A program made the translations under genes and the position numbers. This document shows, in pieces, positions 1-9,340 of a stretch of DNA of 32,232 bases. The DNA comes from Candidatus Endomicrobiellum trichonymphae (GTDB lineage: Bacteria > Elusimicrobiota > Elusimicrobia > UBA1565 > UBA9628), in contig CALRXP010000003.1 of the NCBI GenBank assembly GCA_943372155.1, positions 1 to 32,232 of the forward strand, written 5' to 3'. Positions within the stretch are counted from its first letter, which is position 1, and the number at the start of each line of letters is the position of its first letter. The notes beneath the pieces are model-generated. The model saw nothing but the letters and a program-made list of their open reading frames with translations, did no database searches and was not told the DNA's origin.

Positions 1-709
1 ACATCGCGACCGTGCCGACCACGGAAAGAGTTTTCATCAGACGCGGCGCGGCGGCCAAAAGGAACCGGCCCAGGCCCGCAGAATTTTCCTTGCGGCTCAG
101 GTGCAGGCCGATGTCGTCGAGCTTGACGACGAGGGCGACGAAGCCGTAAACGAACACCGTCATCAGGACCGCCACGGTCGCGAGCACGCCCGCCCTCACG
201 AGAAACGACGCGGCCGACACCGCGCCCAAGGTGATGACGATGATCTCCGCCGACAGCACGAAGTCGGTGCGGACGGCGCCCGCGATCTTGTCCTTCTCGA
301 ACGCGACGAGGTCCGTCTTCGGATCGGCCAACGCCTTCGTGAGATCGGCCCGCTCCTTTTTCAGCTCCGCCGGCGAATGAAGAAACGCGTGGGCCAGCTT
401 TTCGAAACCCTCGTAGCACAGGTACAGGCCGCCGCACATCAGCAGCGGCGTCACGGCCCAGGGCGCGACGGCGCTGATGGCCAGCGCGGAGGGGACGAGG
501 ATCGCCTTGTTGCGCAGGGAACCCTTGGCCACGGCCCAGACCACGGGCAGCTCACGCTCGGCCTGCACGCCGGAGACCTGATCGGCGTTCAGCGCGAGGT
601 CGTCGCCCAACACGCCGGTCGTCTTCTTCGCGGCGACCTTCGCGAGCAGGGCCACGTCATCGAGAACCGTGGTGATGTCGTCGAGCAGCGCGAGAAGGCT
701 GGTGGCCAT
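1..709 (-). CDS. DUF808 family inner-membrane protein (YedI-like), 3' end beyond the window
   Basis: Not in the ORF track; translated by hand from ATG at 709: [45 protein letters not shown]...[14 protein letters not shown]...[13 protein letters not shown]...[14 protein letters not shown]. These are the characteristic DUF808 motifs. Confidence 0.9.
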   Translation of the reverse strand, partial: MATSLLALLDDITTVLDDVALLAKVAAKKTTGVLGDDLALNADQVSGVQAERELPVVWAVAKGSLRNKAILVPSALAISAVAPWAVTPLLMCGGLYLCYEGFEKLAHAFLHSPAELKKERADLTKALADPKTDLVAFEKDKIAGAVRTDFVLSAEIIVITLGAVSAASFLVRAGVLATVAVLMTVFVYGFVALVVKLDDIGLHLSRKENSAGLGRFLLAAAPRLMKTLSVVGTVAM

Positions 710-716
710 GCTGGCG

Positions 717-1826
717 TCAGTTTATCAATTCGAGATACTGCCCGGCGGCCATGGACAGGCCCCGTTCGCAGGAGATGAAAAGCGATTTGTAAGGGCCGCC
801 GTCCTCGTTCACGGCCTCCAGAACGTGCCCGTGACGCGTGATGAGGGTCTCGACCGCGGTCCGTCCCTTGGACACGTCCCGGCCGAGCTTCTTCAAGCCG
901 TTCAGCCACATCAGGCCCAGGTGCAGCCAGTGGGCGCGGTGATAGCCCGGCGCCAATCGCGTGGCGAGCGGCACGGTCGAGGGATCGTAGGCGCCGGCGG
1001 CGCAGCGCATCGGCCATGGCTCGTCGAGCTTCTCCGCCGCGAGCCGGTCGGCCGCCTTATTCAAGATCTCCGGGCCGTAGGAGCGCAGGTACAACGCGGC
1101 CACCGTCGCGTCCACGCTCATCGCCTCGGTGTCCGCGTGATCGCGGAAAAAATCTCCGCGCCAGCGGTCGGCCAGCAGGCGCTCGGCGAACGCTTCGGCC
1201 CCGTACTTCGTCTTGAGGCCGATCTCCCCCGCCCTTCGTAGCATCATCAGCACGCACAGGTTGTTGTACGTCGACGAGGGCCGGCGGATCGTGTCCACCC
1301 AGTCCCCGGTCACGCGCCGCGAGACCAGCCCGCCGGGCTCGAGATGCTTCTCCTGGTAATCGTCGAGCAGGCGTTGAAGAGCCTTCGTCTGCTCCGCGTC
1401 GGGGCCTTTGCGGGAGCGCGCCTTGATCTCGGCCCAGCACCAGATGAGCCACGGAAGGTTATCTCCGCGCCACCACGGCATGTCGAAGCCGCGTCGGGGC
1501 CCGAAGCAGCTCGTCACACGCCCGAGGCGCGCCGATTCCCGCGTCATGAGCGCGGCCTGGCCGCGCAGATACTCCTCGCCGAGCGTGCCCCACGCGCCCG
1601 CGAAGGTCTTGCCGAAGTCCGACGGCCACATGGGCCAGAAGTGGCCGTGCCCGGCGCGCATCACGGGACCGGCGTTGCGACGCAGGACGCCCGCCGCGAT
1701 CTCCGCCGGCGTTCCCCCGCCCGGCGCGCGTTCGACGCCGCGCAGGAGCACGCGCCAGGAATCGAAGGATTGGACGGCGACCGTGTAGAACAGCTCCGGC
1801 GTGAAGTCGTAGGGTCCGACGATCAC
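717..1826 (-). CDS. Six-hairpin (alpha/alpha)6 glycosidase-like protein (GH100 / amylo-alpha-1,6-glucosidase-like)
   Basis: 369 aa, GTG start abutting the upstream stop. [11 protein letters not shown] resembles the WxRD motif, plus GDWVD...TYNN and a C-terminal EAVNEDGGP...SMAAGQYL. The family assignment is tentative. Confidence 0.55.
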   Translation of the reverse strand: MIVGPYDFTPELFYTVAVQSFDSWRVLLRGVERAPGGGTPAEIAAGVLRRNAGPVMRAGHGHFWPMWPSDFGKTFAGAWGTLGEEYLRGQAALMTRESARLGRVTSCFGPRRGFDMPWWRGDNLPWLIWCWAEIKARSRKGPDAEQTKALQRLLDDYQEKHLEPGGLVSRRVTGDWVDTIRRPSSTYNNLCVLMMLRRAGEIGLKTKYGAEAFAERLLADRWRGDFFRDHADTEAMSVDATVAALYLRSYGPEILNKAADRLAAEKLDEPWPMRCAAGAYDPSTVPLATRLAPGYHRAHWLHLGLMWLNGLKKLGRDVSKGRTAVETLITRHGHVLEAVNEDGGPYKSLFISCERGLSMAAGQYLELIN

Positions 1827-2567
1827 TCAGTAGCCCGGGTTGATGGCGGGGCAGCGCGTCCGAAGCCAAGCCTTGAGCTGCGCGTCGGTGAACTTGAACG
1901 TGTGATCGCCGTTCGCGTAGGCGAACAGCTCGTTGTTCTTGACCGCGCACAGGTGGCCCTGAGCGTCGCGGAACGTCGAGTCGGCATTGGGGCGCCCGGT
2001 CGGGCTCTCGCCCATGCGGAAGCCCCCGTCGAGCATGAGCCCCGCGTAGCTCGTGATCTCCACGCCGCCGCGCTCCGCCGGGTCCACTCGCGGGGATACC
2101 GTGACCGAGCCGCGTTCGAGGGTCTTGAGTTGCGCCGTCTCCGGCTCGATCGTGAACGTGCCGCCGTCGCTCATGCGCACCGACACCGCCCCGGCGTTTT
2201 TGTCCATGCGCAGCTCGAGCGAGGTCGAGCGCGGGAAGAACCAGAACTCTCGAGCGGACGTGAGGTTCGGGTTGGAATCCTCGCCGTCTCCGTAGGAGCT
2301 GAACACCATCATCAGGCCGTCGTCGAAGAACGTGTAAGCCTTGTAGATCAGATTCGTCGTGTTGATCGGGTCGATCGAGACGAAGCACTTCCCCGAGCCC
2401 ATCGAGTCCGAGTAGCCCTGCGTTCCACCGATGTGGGTCGGCGCCACCCGGGGACACGCGCTCGCCGTCAGGGCGACGGGATTGTAGGCGGGATGATAAT
2501 GCCTGGCCGACTCAGCGGAGGCCGAGAACGGCAGCGCGAGGAGTAGGAACGCGAGCGGGTTTCTCAT
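1827..2567 (-). CDS. Exported hypothetical protein
   Basis: 246 aa with an N-terminal signal peptide (MRNPLAFLLLALPFSASA), four Cys and beta-rich composition. A -10-like TAGCCT lies 6 nt upstream of the ATG. Confidence 0.75.
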   Translation of the reverse strand: MRNPLAFLLLALPFSASAESARHYHPAYNPVALTASACPRVAPTHIGGTQGYSDSMGSGKCFVSIDPINTTNLIYKAYTFFDDGLMMVFSSYGDGEDSNPNLTSAREFWFFPRSTSLELRMDKNAGAVSVRMSDGGTFTIEPETAQLKTLERGSVTVSPRVDPAERGGVEITSYAGLMLDGGFRMGESPTGRPNADSTFRDAQGHLCAVKNNELFAYANGDHTFKFTDAQLKAWLRTRCPAINPGY

Positions 2568-2635
2568 GCCCGAAGGCTAACAATTTCCGAGCCGCGAGCA
2601 CTAATGATAATCACGGCTTCCTGGAAACAGTTTCA

Positions 2636-2675
2636 GACGCTGATCTACTGCGTCCGGACGCAGTAGGTCAGCGTC
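2636..2675. terminator. 40-bp near-perfect palindrome/stem-loop at the pruA stop (possible terminator or mRNA 3' stabiliser)
   Basis: GACGCTGATCTACTGCGTCC|GGACGCAGTAGGTCAGCGTC has one mismatch (2644/2667) and no U-tract, so terminator function is uncertain. Confidence 0.5.
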
Positions 2676-4311
2676 AGGCCGCGTCGCGGGCGAGGAACGG
2701 GTACCGGAAGTCCTTGGGCGGATCAAAGGTCTCCTTGATCGTGCGCGGGGACACCCAGCGGAGGAGATTGAGATACGAACCAGCCTTGTCGTTCGTGCCG
2801 GAAGCTCGCGCCCCGCCGAACGGCTGCTGACCGACCACCGCGCCCGTCGGCTTATCGTTGAGGTAGAAATTTCCTGCCGCGTTGACGAGGGCGGCCTCCG
2901 CCTCGACGAGCACGCGCCGGTCCTTGGCGAACACCGAGCCGGTGAGGGCGTACGGCGTGCTCTCATCGATGAGCTTCAGTGTGTCCTTCCACTTTTTTTC
3001 CTGATAAACGAAGACCGTGAGAACCGGTCCGAATATTTCTTCGCACATCGTCGCGCTCTTGGGATCGGTCGTCTCGATGACGGTCGGGTGCACGAAGTAG
3101 CCGACGGAGTCGTCGCAGATGCCGCCGGCGACGATCTTATTGGCCTTGTTCTTCTTCGCCGCGGCGATGTAGCCCTTGATCTTGTCGAAGGACGCCTTAT
3201 GGATCACGGCGTTGACGAACTTGCCCGGATCCTCGGGCGAGCCGACCTCGATCTGGGCGAGCATGTCCTTCATCGTCTTCTTGACCTTGGGCCACAACGT
3301 CGCCGGGATGTAGGCGCGCGAGGCGGCGGAGCACTTCTGCCCCTGGTATTCGAAGGCGCCGCGCACCAGCGCGGTCGCCACGGCGTCGGGATCGGCCGAT
3401 TCGTGCGCGAGCACGAAGTCCTTGCCGCCGGTCTCGCCGACGAGGCGCGGGTAGTTCTTGTAGGTGTTGATGTTGGCGCCGACCGTGGCCCACATTCCTT
3501 TAAAAACGGAAGTTGAGCCCGTGAAATGAACGCCGGCGAGGTCGGGGTGGGTGAGCGCGACGTCCGACACGGCCTTCGGATCGCCGGTCACGAGGTTGAT
3601 CACGCCCGGCGGCAAGCCGGCCTCTTCGAAGAGCTTCACGAGCCAGTACGCGCTGTACATCGCGTGGGCCGAAGGCTTCCACACGACGGTGTTGCCCATG
3701 AGGGCGGGCGCGGCGGGGATGTTGCCCGCGATCGCGGTGAAGTTGAAGGGGGTCACGGCGTAGATGAAGCCTTCGAGCGGTCGGTACTCGAGGCGGTTCC
3801 ACAGACCCTTGGCGCTGTCCACCTGCTGGGAGTAGATGAACTCGGCGTAGTGGGCGTTGAAGCGCAGGAAGTCGATGAGCTCGCAGGCGGAGTCGATCTC
3901 GGCCTGGTAAAGGTTCTTCGATTGATTGAGCATGGTCGCGGCGTTGATCGTCCAGCGCCAGTCGCCCGCCAGCAGGTCGGCGGCCTTGAGGAACACGCCC
4001 GCGCGGGCCGCGAAAGGCATGGCGGCCCAGTCCTTGCGGGCCTTGAGCGCGGCGGCGATCGCCTTCTTCGTGTCGGCGGGCCCGCCCTCGTGATACTTGC
4101 CCAGGAGCTGAGCGTGATCGTAGGGCGAGCGGATCTCGATCTTCTTACCGGTACGGACTTCCTGGCCGCCGATGAACATGGGGATGTCCACGGGCTTGGC
4201 CTTCATCGCGTTGAGGCGCGCGAAGAATTTCACGCGCTCGGGGCTGCCCGGGGCGTAGTTGAGGATGGGTTCGTTGACGGGCTTCGGGACGGAGAATCGG
4301 GCGTTGCTCAT
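2674..4311 (-). CDS. pruA: L-glutamate gamma-semialdehyde (1-pyrroline-5-carboxylate) dehydrogenase
   Basis: 545 aa ALDH4-type: NEPILNYAPGSPER, PFNFTAI, FTGS, GETGGK, FEYQGQKCSA, EEIFGP, NDKPTGAVVGQQPFGGARASGTNDKAG. Confidence 0.95.
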   Translation of the reverse strand: MSNARFSVPKPVNEPILNYAPGSPERVKFFARLNAMKAKPVDIPMFIGGQEVRTGKKIEIRSPYDHAQLLGKYHEGGPADTKKAIAAALKARKDWAAMPFAARAGVFLKAADLLAGDWRWTINAATMLNQSKNLYQAEIDSACELIDFLRFNAHYAEFIYSQQVDSAKGLWNRLEYRPLEGFIYAVTPFNFTAIAGNIPAAPALMGNTVVWKPSAHAMYSAYWLVKLFEEAGLPPGVINLVTGDPKAVSDVALTHPDLAGVHFTGSTSVFKGMWATVGANINTYKNYPRLVGETGGKDFVLAHESADPDAVATALVRGAFEYQGQKCSAASRAYIPATLWPKVKKTMKDMLAQIEVGSPEDPGKFVNAVIHKASFDKIKGYIAAAKKNKANKIVAGGICDDSVGYFVHPTVIETTDPKSATMCEEIFGPVLTVFVYQEKKWKDTLKLIDESTPYALTGSVFAKDRRVLVEAEAALVNAAGNFYLNDKPTGAVVGQQPFGGARASGTNDKAGSYLNLLRWVSPRTIKETFDPPKDFRYPFLARDAA

Positions 4312-4360
4312 GTTTTGGATGATATCAAAGTGTCAGGCTCGCAAATTCGTTGAATTCAGA

Positions 4361-4376
4361 CTCTCCCCGGGGAGAG
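4361..4376. promoter_or_regulatory. Perfect 16-bp palindrome in the divergent pruA / DUF5706-like intergenic region
   Basis: CTCTCCCCGGGGAGAG is its own reverse complement. Function unknown. Confidence 0.35.
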
Positions 4377-4414
4377 CCAATATTATCGATAGTTCCTCCT
4401 CCTGCCGGGCGTCC

Positions 4415-4443
4415 TTGCGGAGAGACTGTTTAGCCGTTACAAT
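4415..4443 (+). promoter_or_regulatory. Putative sigma70 promoter of the 4452 gene
   Basis: TTGCGG-17 nt-TACAAT, 8 nt before ATG 4452. Confidence 0.55.
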
Positions 4444-4451
4444 CCAGGCGT

Positions 4452-4979
4452 ATGAGCGTTTCCGCCCATCTCACCCCCGAGCCCGAGCGTCGTCTCTGGC
4501 TGATCCTCGAGAGCATGCGCCACGCTGTGGATGCGACCGATCTACGCATAGGCGGTCTGACCGCGTTCGCCGTCGCGGAGCTCGCCTTCATCAAGATATT
4601 GATCCCGGTGGGAACTCCCGGATTGATCGCCATGATCTCTTTGACCGCCATTTTGCCGCTCGGGGTATTCGCCTTCGCGCCGCTGAAGCGATTGCCCAAG
4701 TGGCTTCAGTTTCTTGAAGGAAGCAAAGGCAAGATTAAAGTCGAGGACAGCCTGATCACCGTTGAAGACTTGGTCAAATACAGCCACGGAGAGCTGATTT
4801 TTCGTCTCGACAAATATTTAGGCGGCGGCATCACCGCGACGCCCTACTACGAGGACATCGTGGGGCAGATCGTGGAGAACGCCCGGATCGCCGCGCGCAA
4901 GCAGAAGCTGCTGCGCGTCATCAACGTGGTGGCCGGTCTCGGACAGCTCGGCCTGCTCGGCCAGCTGATCTGGCGCTAG
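4452..4979 (+). CDS. Pycsar effector-like (DUF5706/PycTM) membrane protein
   Basis: 175 aa. Two N-terminal TM segments follow ATDLR (cf. aD.K), then a Pro, then DSLITVEDLVKY (cf. nl.yf.dia.y), YEDIVGQIVENARIAARKQKLL (cf. dl..Qi..ns.Ia.rK) and a C-terminal hydrophobic helix. Confidence 0.6.
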   Translation: MSVSAHLTPEPERRLWLILESMRHAVDATDLRIGGLTAFAVAELAFIKILIPVGTPGLIAMISLTAILPLGVFAFAPLKRLPKWLQFLEGSKGKIKVEDSLITVEDLVKYSHGELIFRLDKYLGGGITATPYYEDIVGQIVENARIAARKQKLLRVINVVAGLGQLGLLGQLIWR

Positions 4980-5542
4980 AGCCGACGTTTGACGGCGCGG
5001 ATGCCCGCGCCCAGGACCGGCACCTTTTCAAAGAGGTTCGCGCCGGAATCCCAGTAGTCCTGGTGATAGGCCGCGCGTCCTTCCTTGTCGAAACGCAGGT
5101 GGGTCATGCCGATCGACCACTGCGTCTCGCCCTTGTGGAACTTTTTGAAGCGGATGCCCATGCGCCAGCGGATGAAGACGCCGTTAGGTGAAGTGAGGAC
5201 CTCGTCGATCTCGACCTTGCAGGATTCGACGTTGCGCGCCGTCGCGACGAGATACGCCTCGAGCTCGTCGACGCCCTTGATCGACTTGAGCGTGTCGTTG
5301 AAGCGCACCTCCGGAGCGTACACGGAGCGGATGTTCGCTTTGATCAGGTCCTCGCGCAGGTCGCCGAAGAAAGCACGGAACTTCTCGACGGCGGCTTTTT
5401 CCGCGGCGGAGCCGGACGCGGGCGAGCCGATCGCGGAGGCCTCGGTCGCTTTCAGCGACTCGGCGTGCCACGCCATGGGATCGACGGCCGGGGCGTGGGA
5501 ACACCCCGCGAACGCGAGAACGGCGAAAAGCGCGTATTTCAC
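4976..5542 (-). CDS. NTF2/SnoaL-like lipoprotein
   Basis: 188 aa with lipobox LAFAGC, YAPEVRFNDTL and HQDYWDSG...FEKVPVLG. This pattern is typical of the SnoaL-like proteins in DUF1365/cfa clusters. GTGA overlap with the cfa-like gene. Confidence 0.85.
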   Translation of the reverse strand: MKYALFAVLAFAGCSHAPAVDPMAWHAESLKATEASAIGSPASGSAAEKAAVEKFRAFFGDLREDLIKANIRSVYAPEVRFNDTLKSIKGVDELEAYLVATARNVESCKVEIDEVLTSPNGVFIRWRMGIRFKKFHKGETQWSIGMTHLRFDKEGRAAYHQDYWDSGANLFEKVPVLGAGIRAVKRRL

Positions 5543-6786
5543 GAGGCCGCCGGCACAGGCAGACGGCGGTTGTTGGGACGAGTGAGCACCAGCTGCAAAT
5601 CACCGAGGGTCCTGGTGGAGAAGCCGGCCTCGCAGTAGCTGAAGTAATAATCCCACGTGCGCAGGAAGACGTCGTCGAAACCAAGGGCCTTCACCTCGGC
5701 TTTTTTGGCCAACAAGGCCTCGCGCCACAGCCGCAACGTCGGGGCGTAGTGCGCGCCGATGTTCTCCACGCTTTCGACGACGAGGCTCGTATTTTTGGTC
5801 ATCGCGTCGCACATGACGGTGAGCGACGGCAGGAGCGCGCCGGGGAAGATGTGCTTCTGGATCCAGTCGCAGCCGCCGCGGTAGGCGTCGTAGCGCTGGT
5901 CGGGAATGGTGATGCCCTGAATGACGACGACGCCGTCAGGTTTCAATAACCGGTCGCAGGTCGCGAAGAAGGTTCCCAGGAATTCGTGGCCGACGGCCTC
6001 GATCATCTCGATCGAGACGATGCTGTCGTAGGACCCTTCGGCCTTACGGTAGTCGCGCAGAACGACCTCCACCTGGTCGGCGAAGCCCTCGCGCTCCAAA
6101 CGCGCCTTCACGAATTCGAACTGGCGCACGGAGATCGTCATCGTGGTGACCTTCGCGCCGCGCTTGGCCGCTTCGATGGCGCAGGTGCCCCAGCCGGAGC
6201 CGATCTCGAGCACGTGATCGCCCTTGCGGACCCCGGCCTTGTCGAGGATCATGTTCACCTTGCGGCGCTGGGCGGATTCAAGGGTATCGCCCGCCTCGAA
6301 CTTGGCGCACGAATACATCAAGGTCGGGTCGAGAAAGAGCTTGAAGAACTCGTTGCCCAGGTCGTAGTGCGCGTAGATGTTGCGGCGGCTGCCGGACTCG
6401 GTGTTGCGGTTGAGGAGGTGACGCAGGCGGTTGCGGACCTTGCCCCACGCGGCCCAGCGGCTGTTCTCGACGGCCATCGCCTCGCCGTTCTCGATGAAAA
6501 GCCGGACGAGGGCGGTGAGATCGTCGGTCTCGAAGTCGCCGTGCTGGTAGGCCTCGCCGAAGCCGACGTCTCCCCACAGGAGCACGCGGCGGAAGAAGGT
6601 CGAACGCTTGACGCGCAGGCTGGCTCGCACGGGCGACGAAGGGTCGCCGAAGACGCGCGTCGTGCCGTCGGGCAAAGTCATGGTCAGGCGTCCGCGACGG
6701 ATGCGGTCGAGCGAGGCCATGACGGCGGCGGCGCCGGTTTTCTCAAGAAGGCCGGATTCGGCGGGAGCGGCGGCGGTGAGTTCCAT
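5539..6786 (-). CDS. Cfa-family SAM-dependent fatty-acyl-phospholipid methyltransferase (UfaM/cyclopropane synthase-like)
   Basis: 415 aa: GFGEAY, SRRNIYAHYDLGNEFF, MYSCA, VLEIGSGWG, SIEMIEAVGHE, DWIQKHIFPG, WDYYFSYCEAGF. Confidence 0.92.
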   Translation of the reverse strand: MELTAAAPAESGLLEKTGAAAVMASLDRIRRGRLTMTLPDGTTRVFGDPSSPVRASLRVKRSTFFRRVLLWGDVGFGEAYQHGDFETDDLTALVRLFIENGEAMAVENSRWAAWGKVRNRLRHLLNRNTESGSRRNIYAHYDLGNEFFKLFLDPTLMYSCAKFEAGDTLESAQRRKVNMILDKAGVRKGDHVLEIGSGWGTCAIEAAKRGAKVTTMTISVRQFEFVKARLEREGFADQVEVVLRDYRKAEGSYDSIVSIEMIEAVGHEFLGTFFATCDRLLKPDGVVVIQGITIPDQRYDAYRGGCDWIQKHIFPGALLPSLTVMCDAMTKNTSLVVESVENIGAHYAPTLRLWREALLAKKAEVKALGFDDVFLRTWDYYFSYCEAGFSTRTLGDLQLVLTRPNNRRLPVPAAS

Positions 6787-8067
6787 TTACATGACCTCCA
6801 CGGATTTATCGGTGAAGCGACGGGCGACGGCGAGACCGGATTGGACGGCATCTTCGTGAAACCCGTAGCCGTGATAAGAGCCGGCGTACCAGGTGTCGCG
6901 CACGCCGCTGAGAGAAGGGAGCTCGGCCTGGGATTTGAGGGCCGAAAATCCGTAGGCCGGATGCTTATACAACAGATCACGAAGAACCGTGCCGGGAGCC
7001 GGCTCGCGGCGAGGATTGAGCGTAACCAGATAACGGCGAGAGCAATTCAAGCCCTGCAATCGATTCATGTCATAAGTGACGGAAACACCGGAGGTCCCGT
7101 CCTCCCCCGCCTCACGCTTGTAGTTCCACGCGGCCCAGGCGCGGCGGTTCGGGGGCATGAACGACTCGTCGGTGTGAAGCACGGTACGGTTATTGAGGTA
7201 GTGCCAGGCGCCGAGCACGCGTTTCTCCGCGTCGCTCGGATCCGCGAGCAAGGCCAACGCCTCGTCAGCGTGACAGGCGACGACGGCGCGATCGAAACGC
7301 TCGGGCTCGCGGCCGTGGGCGCGAACCTCGACCCCGCCGCCGGCGAGGCGCCGCAGGGACTCCACACCCGCGCCGCGCTCGACGCGGCCTTTGAAACGCG
7401 AGAGGAAAGCCTTGATGTAGGAGTGGCTGCCTCCGACGACGGTCTGCCAGCGCGGGCGGTCCACGAGCGACAGCAGGCCGTGGTTATTAAAGAAGCGGAC
7501 GAAAGTCCGCGCGGGGAAATCCATCATCTCGGCCAAGCCCGTGGACCAGATAGCGCCGCCCATCGGGGCGGCATAGTGGTCCACGAAGTCGCGGCCGAAG
7601 CCGCGCGAACGCAGGTACTCGCCGAGGGTCAACCGGTCGAGCGCGCCGGCTTCGAGATCCGCGGCGGCGACGCGGCCGAAGCGGACGATCCCGCCGACGA
7701 GAGCGTAGAAGGCGGGCGAGAAAACGTTCGCGCGCTGGGCGAACAGACCGGAGAGTGTGGTGCCGGCGTACTGCAGGCCGGACTCCGCATCGTGATAGCC
7801 GAAGGACATCTCGCTCCAGCGCCAGCCGACGCCGAGCTCGGCGAGAAACGCATGAAGGCCCGGATAGGTCTTCTCATTCAGCACGATGAAGCCGGTATCC
7901 ACCGGCGTACCCGCGTCAGGGCCGTCATCGACGACGACCGTGTGGGTGTGGCCGCCCACGCGGTTTTCTTTTTCGAACAAAGTCACGTCCCAACCGGCCT
8001 TCGACAGCTCCCAGGCGGACACGACGCCCGCTACGCCGCCGCCGATCACCGCAACCGTACCCTTCAT
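6787..8067 (-). CDS. FAD-dependent oxidoreductase, amine-oxidase family (UfaD-like fatty-acid desaturase candidate)
   Basis: Start corrected to ATG 8067 (ATGA overlap, GGAG upstream), 426 aa. VAVIGGGVAG Rossmann motif, RVGGHTHT, VDTGFIV.N..TYP, FF.NHGLL, AWAAWNY, GYGFHEDA. Confidence 0.9.
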   Translation of the reverse strand: MKGTVAVIGGGVAGVVSAWELSKAGWDVTLFEKENRVGGHTHTVVVDDGPDAGTPVDTGFIVLNEKTYPGLHAFLAELGVGWRWSEMSFGYHDAESGLQYAGTTLSGLFAQRANVFSPAFYALVGGIVRFGRVAAADLEAGALDRLTLGEYLRSRGFGRDFVDHYAAPMGGAIWSTGLAEMMDFPARTFVRFFNNHGLLSLVDRPRWQTVVGGSHSYIKAFLSRFKGRVERGAGVESLRRLAGGGVEVRAHGREPERFDRAVVACHADEALALLADPSDAEKRVLGAWHYLNNRTVLHTDESFMPPNRRAWAAWNYKREAGEDGTSGVSVTYDMNRLQGLNCSRRYLVTLNPRREPAPGTVLRDLLYKHPAYGFSALKSQAELPSLSGVRDTWYAGSYHGYGFHEDAVQSGLAVARRFTDKSVEVM

Positions 8068-8579
8068 GATGGTCTCCCCTCCGCGACGCGGGCCACGGAG
8101 AACGACAACGGCAGGGCCGCGCACCAGAGCGCGGCCAGCAGCGCGTAGCCCGCCGGAGCGGGGACGGTCAGCGTGGCCGCGCCGAGCCGGGCTCCGGCGG
8201 AAAAGCTGAGCGGGCTCGCGGCCGCGCCGAGAACGGCGCAGAGCCAAGGACGGCGCTCAAGCCAGCCGAGCGAGGCGTCGAAGGTCGCGGCCAGCAGAAT
8301 CCATAAAGCCACGATCCACATAGGGGCGAGCCAAGCGGCCGGGGCGCCGCGATACGCGTACAACCCCGCTCCCTGGGCCGCGCTTTCGAGAAGGAGGCCG
8401 AAGACGCCGACGGCGGCCAGCCGGCGAGCTTCTCGCTTGGCGTCGACGCTGAAGTAAAGATGGGCGGCGCACAGGAGCGCGACGACCGCCGGACCGAGCC
8501 AGAACAGTCCGCGGCCGGCGCCCGCGACGCAGGCGAGCCAGCCGGCCTGGAAGCCGAAATAATTGAGGAAATTTCTCAC
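8064..8579 (-). CDS. DUF2878 family membrane protein
   Basis: Start corrected to GTG 8579 (GTGA overlap), 171 aa. NYFGFQAGWLACV, PMWIVALW, SL.WL, GAAASPLSFSAGARLGA; multiple TM segments. Confidence 0.85.
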   Translation of the reverse strand: MRNFLNYFGFQAGWLACVAGAGRGLFWLGPAVVALLCAAHLYFSVDAKREARRLAAVGVFGLLLESAAQGAGLYAYRGAPAAWLAPMWIVALWILLAATFDASLGWLERRPWLCAVLGAAASPLSFSAGARLGAATLTVPAPAGYALLAALWCAALPLSFSVARVAEGRPS

Positions 8580-9340
8580 GCGGACCCCGCGACGCTCTTC
8601 TTCGGGTGATCGAAGATGGGAACGTTCTTGGCCCAAAGCTTGAGGGCTTCCCAATGAATGCCGCCGACGACCGACAGAGTCATGAAGGGCCAGCGCGCTA
8701 GAGCGGATACCAGGGATCGGCCGGTGATCTCGACGCGGGAGAACGTCATCGTCGCGTCGAACAGCTTCTTGCCGGACTCGTGATTTTCCATGTGCACCGT
8801 CAGCCGCTCACCGGGAGCGCGCAGCGCCCAGGCGTACTCCTGGTTCATGCTCATGAAGGGCGACACATGGAACACCTTGGGAGCACGCCAGCTCAGCGCG
8901 TCGCCTTTCGTGAGGCTCGCACGGCGGTCGAGCACGTAGCAGTGCCGCTCAAGCCACGGGGTGTTGCTGACCTCGGCGACGACGGCCTCAAGTACGCCGG
9001 CTCGGTCGAAGCAATAGTAAAAGCTGACCGGATTGAAGCACCAGCCGTAGTAGGCGAGATGGGTCAGCAGGCGGACGGCGCCGTCGGGACGGCGCCCCGT
9101 CCTCTCCTCGACGAGTTCGCGGACGCACTCGTCGAGCGGACGGGCGGGATCGCCCAGATGGTCCTCGCGGCGAAAGCGCGCCGGAGCGGAGCGCGACGCG
9201 CTCCACAGCCAGCGGCCGCGGAACACCTCGTCGATCTCGGCCAGGTCCAGATAGACCATGAACATCGTGTAGTCGAAATCGTGCGGGACCGGCAAAAGGC
9301 GCCGGTGCCGGACGACGCCCTCGTACAGCGCGCTGTTCAA
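8576..9340 (-). CDS. DUF1365 family protein (UfaO-like)
   Basis: Start corrected to TTG 9340 (TTGA overlap), 254 aa. SALYEGVVRHRR..P..H.F.Y, FNPVSFYYC, EVSNTPW.ERHCY, KVFHVSPF, GIHWEALKLW.K. Confidence 0.92.
   Translation of the reverse strand: MNSALYEGVVRHRRLLPVPHDFDYTMFMVYLDLAEIDEVFRGRWLWSASRSAPARFRREDHLGDPARPLDECVRELVEERTGRRPDGAVRLLTHLAYYGWCFNPVSFYYCFDRAGVLEAVVAEVSNTPWLERHCYVLDRRASLTKGDALSWRAPKVFHVSPFMSMNQEYAWALRAPGERLTVHMENHESGKKLFDATMTFSRVEITGRSLVSALARWPFMTLSVVGGIHWEALKLWAKNVPIFDHPKKSVAGSA

Noticed and set aside
101-2546. Plus-strand ORFs 101-778, 669-1241 and 1344-2546
   Set aside because: Antisense to DUF808, the glycosidase-like gene and the exported protein; Arg/Gly/His-rich shadow composition.
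4350-4445. Possible riboswitch (GGAGAG motifs reminiscent of a glycine aptamer)
   Set aside because: The other conserved elements (CCGAAG, CTCTCAGG) are missing, and both flanking genes look leaderless, so the region is probably untranscribed.
5986-8148. 720-aa plus-strand ORF
   Set aside because: Antisense shadow of the cfa-like and FAD oxidoreductase genes. It has no recognisable motifs, and such ORFs are expected from high-GC codon bias.
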